From the NCBI GenBank assembly GCA_951406725.2, contig OX597826.1:70432001-70496000 (forward strand): a stretch of DNA of 64,000 nucleotides, written 5' to 3'. The translations under genes were made by a program, and so were the position numbers. The first letter of the stretch is position 1. Each line of letters starts with the position of its first letter. Shown piece after piece: positions 26,966 to 40,918 of this stretch. The DNA is from Octopus vulgaris. Lineage: Eukaryota. Below the pieces are notes generated by a model that saw nothing but the letters and a program-made list of their open reading frames with translations, searched no databases and was not told the DNA's origin.

Positions 26966-28858
26966 TGGCTACCGAATAATTGTCGCGTATTACCCCAAAA
27001 GGATGAAAGGCGAAGTGGACCTCGGTGGAATTTGAACTCAGAACGTAAAGACAGATGAAATACTGCTAAGTATTTCACCCGGTATGCTAATGTTTCTGCC
27101 AGCTCACTACCTTAATAATCTTTTCTACTCTAGGCACAAGGCCCGAAATTTTGGGGGAGGGAGAGGCCAGTCGATTAGATTAACCCCCAGTATGCAACTG
27201 GTACTTAATTTATCGACCCTGAAAGGATGAAAGGTAAAGTCAACCTCAGCGGAATTGGAACTCAGAACGTAAAGACAGATGAAATGCCACTAAGCATTTC
27301 ACCCAGCATGCTAAGATTTCTTATTTCTTTACTGCCCACAAGGGGCTACACATAGAGGGGACAGACAAATGGATTAAGTCGATTATATCGACCCCAGTGT
27401 GTAACTGGTACTTATTTAATTGATCCCGAAAGGATGAAAGGCAAAGTCGAACTCAGCAGAATTTGAACTCAGAACGTAGCGACAGGCGAAATACCTATTT
27501 CTTTACTACCCACAAGGGGCTAAACACAGAGAGGACAAACAAGTACAGACATAAGTATTAAGTTGATTACATCGAACCCAGTGCGTAACTGGTACTTATT
27601 TAATCGACCCCGAAAGGATGAAAGGCAAAGTCGAACTCAGCAGAATTTGAACTCAGAATGTAGCGGCAGACAAAATACCGCTAAGCATTTTGCCCGGCGT
27701 GCTAACGTTTCTGCCAGCTCGACACCATACTGCGACAATAACAGTTGCCACTTAAATGATAGCAACAATAGCTACCACCACAACTGCTATGACAGCCACA
27801 ACAACAACAACAAGTTTTATACTCTAGGCACAAGGCCTGAAATCTTTGGGAAGGGGCCCAGTCGATTAGATCAACCCCAGTACACAACTGGTACTTAATT
27901 TATCTACCCCAAAAGGATGAATGGCGAAGTTGACATTGGCAGAATTTGAACTCGGAACGTAAAGACAGACGAAATAACTGCCACCATAATGATGATGATG
28001 ATGATGATGATGGATGATGATGGTGGTGGTGATGACGATAACAGGTACATCAACAAATAATAGCCATAATTAGAATAAGAGCCACAGCAATAGCTACATC
28101 GATAGCAACAATAACAGCAACAATATTGATATTGACGACGACAACAACAATAACCACCACCAACAATAACACCAACACCACCACCACCACCATCACCACT
28201 ACCACTACCAGCAGCACCACTACCACCACAATCCCTACCTCTTCCACCAATATCATCATTCCTACCACTACCATCGTTACCACCACAACTCCCACTACCA
28301 CAACCACCGCCACCATCGCCACCATCGCCACCACCACCATCAATAAATGTAAAGTTATTTAATGTATTTCTCTACATGATTCCTAGATAAACACTCGGTA
28401 AAGTCAGCTGGTGTATATACCACACTGATAACGAGTTAACAAGTTAACGAGAAAGCACTTACATGGTCGCTTGGCCTGCTTGAAACAACAGCCAAATCTC
28501 CTTCAAATTACAGACTATCATCTTAGTAATGGACACGACAGATAATGTGATCCTAAGTTCATAGCAACAAGACTAATGGAAGGGTCATGGCTGGAGTGTC
28601 TTTGATCATAAGTTTGCTCTATCAGATTGACCAATGTCTAAATAACAATAACAACAACAACTATCACTACTACACTGATAAAATAGTTAAAGCCCACCCT
28701 GTGGCCCTACCCTTTCTACCCTGTCTACCCTTCTATTATGTTTCACTCATGGTTTATCTTGATATTGGGAATAACATATGTTTTACATCAGTGGTTCTCA
28801 GCATTTTTTTTTCATCTATAGGTAAAAAAGGTAAAATGACCTCCTCATGTCATTCTGG

Positions 28859-29429
28859 TGGAGGCACATGGCCTAGTGGTTAGAGCAGCAGACTCACGGT
28901 CAAGGGATCGCAGGTTCGAATCTCAGACCAGGCGATATATGTGTTTATGAGCGAAAACACCTAAGCTCCACGCGGCTCCGGCAGAAGGTAATGGCGAACC
29001 TCTGCTGACTCTTTCGCCACAACTTTCTCTCACTCTTTCCTCCTGTATCTTGCAGCTCCCGTGCGACGGACCAGTGTCCTGTCCAGGTGGGGAACCTATA
29101 CGCCAAGGAAACCGGGAATCTGGTCCTTATGAGCCAGGTGTGGCTCGAGAAGGAACAACATGGCCTAGTGGTTAGAGCAGCAGACTTGCAGTCGAGAGAT
29201 CGCAGGTTCGAATCTCAGACCGGGCGATATGTATGTTTATGAGTGAAACACCTAAGCTCCACGCAGCTCCAGCAGAAGGTAATGGCAAAACTTCAGCTGA
29301 CTATTTTGCCACAACTTCCTCTCACTCTATCCTCCTGCATCTTGCAGCTCATCTGTGACAGACCTGCATCCCATCTAGGTGGGGAACCTATACGCCAAGG
29401 AAACCTGAAAACCGGCCCTTATGAGCCAG
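28859..29429 (+). mobile_element. Head-to-tail dimer of tRNA-derived SINE family D; second unit truncated at the exon-copy junction
   Basis: catggcctagtggttagagcagcagact..ggttcgaatctc occurs twice; full monomer at 62838-63143; related element 12998-13250. Confidence 0.87.
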
Positions 29430-29594
29430 ACAGTCACTCCAAAATGGCCAAAGTTGTGATAGCCTACATTGTGGTTTTTTGGTGGACTGTTTGGTATTCA
29501 TCATATTTATTTGAACAGAGATAACCAGGCTCTGGTGTGGTGGGCAACTCTGGCAGGCTGTGGAATTGGTTGGTTTAGGGACCTCTGGAGAATT
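29428..29594 (+). pseudogene. Inverted partial copy of DNAJC22 exon 1 (16 nt of 5' flank plus about 50 codons) inside intron 1
   Basis: Reverse complement of 30422-30590 with 2 substitutions and a 2-nt deletion (ATTCTGTGG to ATTGTGG, frameshift). Confidence 0.92.
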
Positions 29595-29601
29595 TCCAAG
29601 A

Positions 29602-29638
29602 CTATTGAAAAGGTTGCAAGATGCAACGAAAATTTTAG
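29602..29638 (+). ncRNA. Minimal hammerhead ribozyme-like motif (U3-A8 core variant)
   Basis: CTA-TTGAAAA-G-GTTGCA aga TGCAAC-GAA-AA|TT-T-TAG: stems I and II pair, stem III palindromic. Confidence 0.6.
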
Positions 29639-29737
29639 GAAAATAAAAATAAGAAATAAGGGGAAATTTTACTGGTGAGTGTATTACATTATAAGGCACA
29701 AAAAGAAAATGACTCTCCCCAGACACAACAGTGTACA

Positions 29738-30136
29738 CTCTCTTTTACTCTTTTACTTGTTTCAGTCATTTGACTGTGGCCATGCTGGAGCACCACCTTT
29801 AGTCGAGGAAATCGACCCCAGGACTTATTCTTTGTAAGCCTAGTACTTATTCTATTGGTCTCTTTTGTCAAATCACTAAGTTACGGGGACGTAAACACAC
29901 CAGCATCGGTTGTCAAGCGATGTTGGGGGGAACAAACACAGACACACAAACATATACACACACATACATATATATACATATATACGACGGGCTTCTTTCA
30001 GTTTCTGTCTACCAAATCCACTCACAAGGCTTTGGTCGGCCCGAGGCTATAGTAGAAGACACTTGCCTAAGGTGCCACGTAGTGGGACTGAACCCGGAAC
30101 CAAGTGGTTCGTAAGCAAGCTACTTACCACACAGCC
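29738..30136 (-). mobile_element. SINE family A copy between exon 1 and its inverted copy
   Basis: Reverse complement of the family A sequence; explains the spurious C-terminus of ORF 30047..30574. Confidence 0.9.
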
Positions 30137-30186
30137 AAAATTTATATTATGTGTTTGTGAGAGAAAGTCTAGAAGAATAAGCTTAC

Positions 30187-30574
30187 CATAAGCAGCAACA
30201 ATTGGTGTGAAAACAGCCACTACCAAAATCTTGAGACTTCCATAAGATTCCAGGAGTTCCGACGGCCAAGCAGAATAAAACAGATAAGCAAAGAGTGCCG
30301 AGATGAAGATCTGGCTTATGATTCTTTCATAAGTGATTGGTGGATGAGAATAAATCCGCTTCCGGTCTTTCATTTCTTCCACATAAAACTGGTCATTATT
30401 GGCACGGCGTACATAAAATGGAATTCTCCAGAGGTCCCTAAACCAACCAATTCCACAGCCTGCCAGAGTTGCCCACCACACTAGAGCCTGGTTATCTCTG
30501 TTCAAATAAATATGATGAATACCAAACAGTCCACCAAAAAACCACAGAATGTAGGCTATCACAACTTTGGCCAT
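30187..30574 (-). CDS. DNAJC22: DNAJC22/Wurst-like, coding exon 1 (TM2-like domain and TM helices)
   Basis: ATG at 30574; MAKVVIAYILWFFGGLFGIHHIYLNRDNQALVWWATLAGCGIGWFRDLWRIP matches the DNAJC22 N-terminus as I recall it; ends TAT G|GTAAGC donor; 388 nt, phase 1. Confidence 0.93.
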
Positions 30575-30599
30575 TTTGGAGTGACCGTCTCTGGTGGTT

Positions 30600-31460
<861 letters not shown>

Positions 31461-32779
31461 CGATAAGGGTGGTACGAGGTTAATAGATGTTACCGCCAAT
31501 GACAGTAATACAAACGAATGTATCCAAAGGAACAGTTTTCAGCAACATATGTCAGTGCTAGAAATTATCTCTGTTGTCTGGCACAAAGGGTAGACAGGTA
31601 CCCTGAATTAAACCATAATTATTTCTTGTCTGTCTGTCTGTCTGTGTGTCTCCCTGATTTTGCAGAATCTGTTGACATCATGAGCTTGCATTGTGTTCTT
31701 CATGTTCTGGTAGTAAGAAACAAAAAAAAAAAAAAAATTATAAAAAGAAGAAAATAAAGAAAAGAGAAAGATCACTTTGTTTTGACCCCTAGAAAGAAAC
31801 CCTAATTACTTACAGCTAGAAAAATACTAAAAGACAAATGAATTCAAAGACAAGTGTGGTAAGTAGCTTGCTTACCAACCACATAATTCCGGGTTCAGTC
31901 CCACTGCATGGCACCTTGGGCAAGTGTCTTCTACTATAGCCTTGGGCCGACCAAAGCCTTGCGAGTGAATGTGGTAGAGGGAAACTGAAAAGAAGCCCGT
32001 CGTATATATGTGTGTGTGTTTGTCCCCCCAGCACCGCTTGACAACCGATGCTGGTGTGTTTACGTCACAGTAACTTAGCGGTTCGGCAAAAAGTCACTGA
32101 ATAAGACCTGGGGTTGATTTGCTCAACTAAAAGGTGGTGCTCCAGCATGGCTGCAGTCAAATGACTGAAACAAGTGAAAGAGTAAAGAGTATTCAGCGAT
32201 AACATTAGACTTAACTACTGTTAAAGAAATGTAGTACAACTCAATCCAAAGGCACAGTATATTTAGTGATTTATCCTCTTCCTTGAAACCAATATCTTCT
32301 CAGTGTTTAAGGCAGTGACCTGCTAGAATCATCAGCACGCCGGCATTTGGGCCGTTTTGAGTTCAAATTACGTTGAAGTCAACTTTGTCTTTTATCCTTT
32401 AGGGGTCGATAAAATAAGTATCAGTACACCCTTAGAATCGACCTAACCCACTTCTCCACTCACCCGAAAATTGCCGACCTTCTACACAAACTTTGAAACC
32501 AATATTCTCTATAAGGGTTGTTTAATAACTTTGTTTTGACCCCTAGAAAGGGTTACTCTCTCTCATTCTCTTTTTTACTCGTTTCAGTCATATGACTGTG
32601 GCCATGCTGGAGCACCGCCTTTAGTCAAGCAAATCGACCCAAGGACTTATTCTTTGTAAGCCTAGTACTTATTCTATTGGTCTCTTATACCTAACTACTG
32701 TTAAAGGAACCTGGTACAAATGGATCCAAAGACACAGTATTCAGCGATGTGATATTACTAACAATAAATCGCCACCATA

Positions 32780-33550
32780 GTAAAAAGGCCACACTCTACC
32801 CTACTATGCTAAGTACCACTCAACACTGCACTACAGCATATTCTACTTCACTCCACCCCATCACATCAGATTTAACTCTACTAACATCTACTCCACTCCA
32901 CAGCTCAACTCCACATCCTACCCCAGCACATTCCATTTCACTTTACTTTGTACTAAACCACACCATACTCCACCATTCTCTACACTCCACACAACTACAC
33001 CAAATCCTCATTATATACTAGTACACTACACCATACTACATAATACCACACTCCACTCCAATTAACCACATTTTCTCTAATACACCACATCCCACCCCTA
33101 ACCACTAAGCTATGTTCCACTCAACACTCCTCCACTCAACCCTCCTCTATTCAACCCCTCTACACACTCATCCCTCCTCTACTCAACCCTCCTCCACTCT
33201 CAACCCTCCTCTACTTGACCCTCCTCCACTCGACCCTCCTCCACTCGACCCTCCTTCACTCAAACCTCCTCTACTCAGTCCTCCTTTACTCATCCCTCCT
33301 CCACTCAACCACTCTCAATATTCCACTCCACTATACTTCATCACTCAGCACCATGCCAAACCACACTCCACTCCATTCCATATAACTACACTCTACTCCA
33401 ATGCACCACATATACTCCCTGTCACTTTGATACACTCTACTCAATACTCCCTCTACTCAGTCCTACTCAATCCTCCCCCTCCATTCAACTACACTCCACA
33501 CTTCATTAGACAATGCCACATCACATTACAGTCTATCCACTCTACACCAC
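32780..33550. repeat. Degenerate pentamer/15-mer low-complexity tract (CTCCA/CTACT)
   Basis: Direct inspection; produces the Pro-rich ORF 33112..33600. Confidence 0.8.
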
Positions 33551-33552
33551 AC

Positions 33553-33893
33553 CTTGCCCATACTAGCAAAATATACATCAGTTTGCCCATTCTAACATAA
33601 CATATATCAGTTTGCCCATACTAACATAATATACATCAGTTTTCCCATTCTAGCATAACATACATCAGTTTGCCCTTACTAGCATAATATGCACCAGTTT
33701 GCCCTTACTATCATAGTATACCCCAGTTTGCCCATACTAGCATAACATACATCAGTTTGCCCATTATAGCATAACATACATCAGTTTGCCCATTATAGCA
33801 TAACATACATCAGTTTGCCCATTCTAGCATAACATACATCAGTTTGCCCATACTAACATTAAGGAATATCAATTTGCCCATACCAGCATAACA
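33553..33893. repeat. 29-bp minisatellite, about 11-12 copies
   Basis: Unit acatcagtttgcccattctagcataacat; starts spaced 29 bp apart (33581, 33610, 33639). Confidence 0.92.
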
Positions 33894-34469
33894 TAATATG
33901 GAGTATCTGCAGACGTCAGGATTTTTTCTTGTATGTATGCAACTGGATATATATGTATGTGTGTCTGTGTGCACATGTGCACAGATATGGCTGGATGTTT
34001 AAAATATCCACTTCGCAATCATGAGATTCTAGGTTCCGTTCTACTACCAGGCACTTCAGAGAAATATATATTTTTTTTTTTTTTTTGTGGTCCTCGAGAT
34101 GATTTTAGACACGTGAGAGAGACTAGGCAGATGGAAACTGTGTTGAAGGCCTCTGGAAGGATTTTACTTCTAATTTGGAAAAAAAAAAAGAAAAACAGCT
34201 GTGTCGTGTTGATTCTTTTATATATAATTTGAATGATACAAACGCCTATGGTGTATTCAACCACTTACAGTATTATACAATAAGTGTAATTGATTGATTA
34301 ACTGAAAACACGTCGTGGAAACCAGCATGTGGGTGTGCGTGTATGTGTGTGTGTGCATGTGTATGTGCATTTGTGTATATGTGTGTGTGTGTGTGTAACT
34401 GGAGTCTCATTGAGTTGTTAGTTTTCTTTGTAAGGGAGAAATAATTTGTTAAGAATCTATTCAATTTTT

Positions 34470-34975
34470 CATACAAACGTGTGTGTATATGTATATATAT
34501 GTGTGTGTATGTGTGTGTTTGTTTGTTTGTGTGTGTGCATGTGTGTGTCTATATGTATGTATGTATCTATGTATGTATGTATGTATGTATGTATGTATGC
34601 ATGCATGCATGCATGTATGTATGTATGTATGTATGTATGTATGTATGTATGTATGTATGTATGTATGTATGTATGTATGTATGCATGCATGCATGTATGT
34701 TTGTATGTATGTATGTATGTATGTATGTATGTATGTATGCATGCATGCATGTATGTTTGTATGTATGTATGTATGTATGCATGCATGTATGTATGTATGT
34801 ATGTATGTATGTATGTATGTATGTATGTATGTATGTATGTATGTATGTATGTATGTATGCATGCATGCATGCATGCATGCATGTATGTATGTATGTATGT
34901 ATGTATGCATGAATGCATGTATGTATGTATGTATGTATGTATGTATGAATGCATGTATGTATGTATGTATGTATA
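34470..34975. repeat. (TATG)n/(CATG)n microsatellite
   Basis: Direct inspection. Confidence 0.95.
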
Positions 34976-35046
34976 CAGTGGTTTTGTAGAACAAACAGGG
35001 TAAGTAGAACTCATTAGATAAGTATAATAGTTTATTATTATTATTA

Positions 35047-35602
35047 TTGAGTGAGAGAGCAGTGTATGCCATCAAAGTGACACTGGGGTAAAATATACGA
35101 AGCCCAATATACCCATCATGACTACCCGTCTGATAAAGGTACACCAGGCACATGCATCACAACCATATGTGCGCGACATGGTGATCTCATATCATGATAA
35201 ACAGCACATGACCTTGCAGGTGGTACCCAGTTAGAAATTTCTTCAGGTTGAGTAGCCCATCCCACTCAAACGGTCCCTGAATAAGGGTTGTTTAAGGATG
35301 TTGAAAGAACCACCCATGTTTCCAGAGGTGAACTATTCAAACCCCAAAGAATCCCTCTCAACACATGGCTATGATGCTCCCCCACTACTTCTGCTCGTGA
35401 TCAGAGATGCACATATCGTCAGCCACTAAGGGACATGCTCAACTGGTTAAGGTCAAACAACTGACAAGCAAATCTGTGGTATTGAGCAGAATATTTGCTG
35501 TAGCCCATCTTTTATACCAAGACAAAACAATGTACATGATAACACTTCCAATCAGTTAAGATCAGAAGCCATGAGAGCCACTGCCTGGTACTGCATCAAG
35601 GC

Positions 35603-35608
<6 letters not shown>
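35047..35608. mobile_element. About 560-bp unclassified insertion within an (ATT)n tract
   Basis: GC-richer block sharply bounded by (ATT)n on both sides; no ORF. Confidence 0.5.
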
Positions 35609-35646
<38 letters not shown>

Positions 35647-36015
35647 GTCCCCAAAAGGGATTCAGTCCCAAAGGTTTTGTGCATGGTACTACCAAACTCT
35701 TCAATAACTTTTGTAACTTATGTCACTTGAAAATACTAAAGAAATATATATATGTAACTATGTGATGTATAGTATATATATACGTGTGTATATGCTTACA
35801 AAAAAACATACATATATATATTGTTATAATATGTATGTGTGTGTAATGTGTGCCATACAGGGCTAAACACAGAAGGGACAACATACAAAGTAGAGCTTTT
35901 CGTTTTGGGAAGAAGAGAAGGGGAAAAAAGTGGGGGTCGAATTCCGATCAAAAGGGATCATGAAAAAAAAATGGGGTCAATCAATAGGGATCGTGTATCA
36001 CAGAAATGTCAAGAC

Positions 36016-36093
<78 letters not shown>

Positions 36094-36096
<3 letters not shown>

Positions 36097-36276
36097 TTAC
36101 ATACACATAAGAGGAATGATCACTAGGTTGACTCCTAATATGCTAAATGTAGACCCTGTATGGTCTGACCACTAAGAAAAATTGTCCTCAAGAAAATTCT
36201 TGAGAACAATTTTTCTTAGTGGTCAAACCATATGGGGTCTACATTTAGCATATTCCTCTTATATGTATGTAATATA
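36094..36276. repeat. Fold-back element between (GATA)n tracts
   Basis: aatatgctaaatgtagaccc...ttgtcctcaagaaaattcttgagaacaa...ggggtctacatttagcatatt. Confidence 0.82.
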
Positions 36277-36369
36277 ATTTTCTGAATCTTCAGATTTTTT
36301 TAAAATATGCTAGGCCACTGGTTTAATTGATATTAATCTAATTAATATCAATTTTTACCCTTACTATTT

Positions 36370-36436
36370 AGATAGATAGATAGATAGATAGATATATAGA
36401 TAGATAGACAGACAGATAGATAGATAGGTAGGTAGA

Positions 36437-36468
<32 letters not shown>

Positions 36469-36555
36469 TAGATAGATAGATAGATAGATAGAAGATAGAT
36501 AGATAGATAGGTAGATAGATAGAAGATAGATAGATAGATAGATAGATAGACAGAC

Positions 36556-36606
<51 letters not shown>

Positions 36607-36633
36607 AGATAGATAGATAGGTAGGTAGATAGA

Positions 36634-36708
<75 letters not shown>

Positions 36709-36735
36709 GTAGATAGATAGATAGATAGATAGATA
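36370..36735. repeat. (GATA)n microsatellite
   Basis: Direct inspection. Confidence 0.95.
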
Positions 36736-37686
36736 TACATACATGCACACAAATGTACATATACATATACATATAAATATGCTTATATATCTATATGTAT
36801 ATGCATTTGTTCTTTTATTCTTTTACTTGTTTCTGTCATTTGACTGCAGCCATGCTGGAGCACTGCCTTAAGGGGTTTTTTTAATCAAAGAATTCGACTC
36901 CAGGACTTATTGTTTGTAAGCCTACTACTTATTTTATCTGTCTCTTTTGTCAAACTGCTAAGTTACGGGGGACATAAACATTCCAACATCAGTTGTCAAG
37001 TCATGGTGGTGGGGGAGAAACAAAGACGCAAAGACACATACACACACACACATACACATGCACGCACCCACCCACCTACACACATACACACACACACACT
37101 CACACATACCCCCCACACACACACACTCACACACACATATATGATGGGCTTCTTCCAGTTTCCGTCTACCAAATCCATTCACAAGACCTTGGTTGGCCCG
37201 AGGCTATAGCAGAAAACACTTGCCCAAGGTGCCATGCAGTGGGAACGAACCCGGAACCAAGTGATTGGGAATCAAGCTTCTTACCACACAGCCATACCTG
37301 CACCTATATATATATATATATATATGCATGCATGGGTCGTTGCCAGTGCCGCCTGACTGGCTCCCCATGCAGGTGACATGTAAAAAGCACCATCTGAACA
37401 TGGTTGATGCCAGCCTCCCCACCCTGACTGACTCTTGTGCCAGTGGCATGAAAAAAAGCATTATCAGAACATGGCCAATGCCAGTGCCATCTGACTTGCT
37501 CCTGTGGCAGGAACACGTAAAATGCACCCATAACACTCTAGGAGTGGTTGGCATTAAGAAGGGCATCCAGCTGTAGAAACACTGCCAGATCAGATTGGGG
37601 CCTGGTGTAGCCTCCTGGCTTGCCAGTCCCCAGTCAAACCGTCCAACCAATGCCAGCATGGAAAAACGAGCATTAAATGATGATGA

Positions 37687-37749
<63 letters not shown>

Positions 37750-37753
<4 letters not shown>

Positions 37754-37930
37754 GTTGGTGCATAATTATTGTGGCCTTTTTACAACAAATTTTATTCAAC
37801 AAAAACAATAACAACATGTAACTAAAACATCTTTAAATGATTATTCTGGAGCATATTCACCATCTACTTCAATTACTGCTTCCCCTTTGCTTGGCAGATG
37901 GTCAGACCATCATTTAAAGATGTTTTTGCT
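37750..37930. mobile_element. Mariner-like terminal fragment
   Basis: TA|TTAGGTTGGTGCATAA end directly after a (TA)n tract. Confidence 0.5.
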
Positions 37931-37946
37931 AAATATTGTTATTGTG

Positions 37947-37981
<35 letters not shown>

Positions 37982-38948
37982 GTGTGTGTGTGTTGTGTGT
38001 ATGTGTGTGTCTATATATATATATATAAATATATATATATATGTGTGTGTATATGTATGTATCTATGTATGTTTGTATGTATGTATATAGATGCATGTGT
38101 GAGTGGTTAAGAAATTTTACTTGCATTCAATCCTACCAGTAGGCAACTTGGGCCAGTGCCATTTTTGCCATTTCTCAGACTTTCCCAAGCCTAGTGAGTG
38201 GGACAGACCGAACAAAAAAAAGAAAAAAGAAAAGAAAAAAAAAGATTGTACCCATAATTCAAAAGGGTCTGCCCTTTTCCCCACCCCGTACCACACTGAT
38301 TCTACCTGAGAGATCCATGAAGGCTGGACGTGTCTATGGAATATTCAACCACATGTGCTATAATGCAATTAGTAGATAGCTCAGTGGTTGTATAACTGGA
38401 ATACCCATTCTGGAAACATACAGTGTATTCCTTTACTCCATATGTCTCTATGTATGTATTTATGTATGTATGTGTATATGTATGTATATATACGTTTATA
38501 TATATATATATATACATATATACATTTTGTGAATTCTCCCCCTATGTACATATATATATGTATATATATATTTCTTTATTGCCCACAATGGGCTAAACAC
38601 AGAGGGGACAAACACGGACAGACAAAGGGATTAAGTCAATTACATCGACCCCAGTGCGAAACTGGTACTTTATTTATCGACCCTGAAAGGATGAAAGGCA
38701 AAGTCGACCTCGGCGGAATTTGAACTCAGAATGTAAAGATGGACGAAATGCTAAGCATTTCACCCGGCGTGCTAACGATTCTGCCACCTCATATATATAT
38801 ATAGATATATATATACTAATATTGAGGGGTCAGCAAAAGAAATGCATCACCACATACCGAAGTTCAGAAATAGCAGCCAAAATCTAAGCCATTTCTTCTA
38901 CTTAAAAAAAAGGGTCTACCAGAGAAACCATAATACTTGAATCTTATA

Positions 38949-38984
<36 letters not shown>

Positions 38985-39036
38985 TGTATGTATGTATGTA
39001 TGTATGTATGTATGTATGTATGTATGTATATGTATG

Positions 39037-39068
<32 letters not shown>

Positions 39069-39076
39069 TATGTATG

Positions 39077-39108
<32 letters not shown>

Positions 39109-39128
39109 TGTATAGTGGTGAGCAGAGT

Positions 39129-39172
<44 letters not shown>

Positions 39173-39735
39173 TGTTGTTGTTGTTGTTGTTGTGTAATTG
39201 TTTTTCTTACATTTATCCATGTTTTTCTTTCTTTTGTGGCGAAAACTCATCATCTCTGATGCCTTTTGCCACCCCCACCCCCACTACATACCTGAAGCAT
39301 GCATGCATGTATTGTGGGTATTTACTACGGGATGCTGGTAGATATATATATATATATATTAAGCAAAGATACTCACCACTCACTCTCTCGTTTGGTCTTG
39401 CTGGTCAAGTCCATGTTGCTTGTGTCTGTCTGTCTGTCTGTCCTGTGTGTGTCTGAGTGTGAGAACCATGTTCGTCCTCTCCCGCCTATTGTTGTCAGGC
39501 ACAACAATCAATAACCACATCACACAGCCCTCTGCGATCACTACTGACACCGCTACTCTTGCAATTTATCTCTTTCCCTCCTACTCTCATTACTTATCTC
39601 AAGTTTTCCTCTGTGTGTCTCTGCGTGCATGTGTGTGTATGTGTGTGCGTGTATGTGTGTGTATATGTGTGTGTGTGTGTACAGCTCTCCCTCTCTCTCT
39701 TTCTCTTTCTCCAACACACACACATACATACACAT

Positions 39736-39773
<38 letters not shown>

Positions 39774-39854
39774 ACATACATTCTCTTCTGTCCGCAATCC
39801 AGCTTTGTTATCACACATCCGCACTCTCATGTAGAACTCCTATTGCCTTCTCCT

Positions 39855-40133
39855 CCACCACCACACCACCACACCACCACCAGCTCACACACACACGCAC
39901 ACACACACGCATACGCACACACACACACACGCACACACACACACATACACACACACAGACACTACTATCACCACTACCACCAACATCGCTACCACCACCA
40001 CTGGCCTCCACTACCACCACCACCACCACCACCAGCTCACATACGCACGCACACACACACACACATACACACACACACTACTATCACCACTACCACCAAC
40101 ATCGCCACCACCACCACCACCAGCTCACATACG

Positions 40134-40186
<53 letters not shown>

Positions 40187-40267
40187 CTATCACCACTACC
40201 ACCAACATCGCCACCACCACCACTGGCTCCTCCACTACAAACACCACCACCACCAGCTTGCACACAC

Positions 40268-40299
<32 letters not shown>

Positions 40300-40410
40300 T
40301 ACTATCACCACTACCACTGACATCGCTGCCACCACCACTAGCTCCTCCACTACCAACACCACCACCACCACCATCACTACAGCCACCTCCACACCACCAC
40401 ACACACAATG
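39855..40410. repeat. Compound tandem repeat, about 110-bp units of (CA)n plus (ACC)n
   Basis: actactatcaccactaccacc recurs near 39961, 40078, 40183, 40298. Confidence 0.85.
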
Positions 40411-40512
40411 ATGCTATCACCTTAACCACCACCATCACCAGTAACAAACTTACCCCAACACCATCGCCAACATCACCACCATGTATGAAACCACTTCCCC
40501 CTCTGTCTTTCT

Positions 40513-40566
<54 letters not shown>

Positions 40567-40842
40567 ATCTATCTGTCTATCAATCTCTTTATCTATTTAT
40601 TTATCTGTCTATTTCTCTCTACTTTTTGACTCTTTTACTTGTTTCAGTCATTTGACTGTGGCCATGCTGGAGCACCGCCTTTTAGTCTAGCAAATCGACC
40701 CCGGGACTTATTCTTTGTAACCCTTGTACTTATTCTATTGGTCTCTTTTGCCGAACTGCTAAGTTATGGGGATGTAAACACACAAGCATCGGTTATCAAG
40801 CGATGGTGGGTGACAAAAACAGACACACAAAAATATATACAC

Positions 40843-40876
<34 letters not shown>

Positions 40877-40884
40877 CATCATCA

Positions 40885-40918
<34 letters not shown>

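Noticed and set aside
28859-28935. tRNA-like sequences with A and B boxes (many copies)
   Set aside because: They continue into SINE bodies and lack an intact acceptor stem; SINE heads, not tRNA genes.
29243-29678. Plus-strand ORFs containing DNAJC22-like peptide as a second gene
   Set aside because: Frameshifted 167-bp fragment fused to a SINE; treated as a non-coding duplicate.
33553-33893. Regular 29-bp array resembling a CRISPR repeat
   Set aside because: No unique spacers, eukaryotic context, no cas genes.
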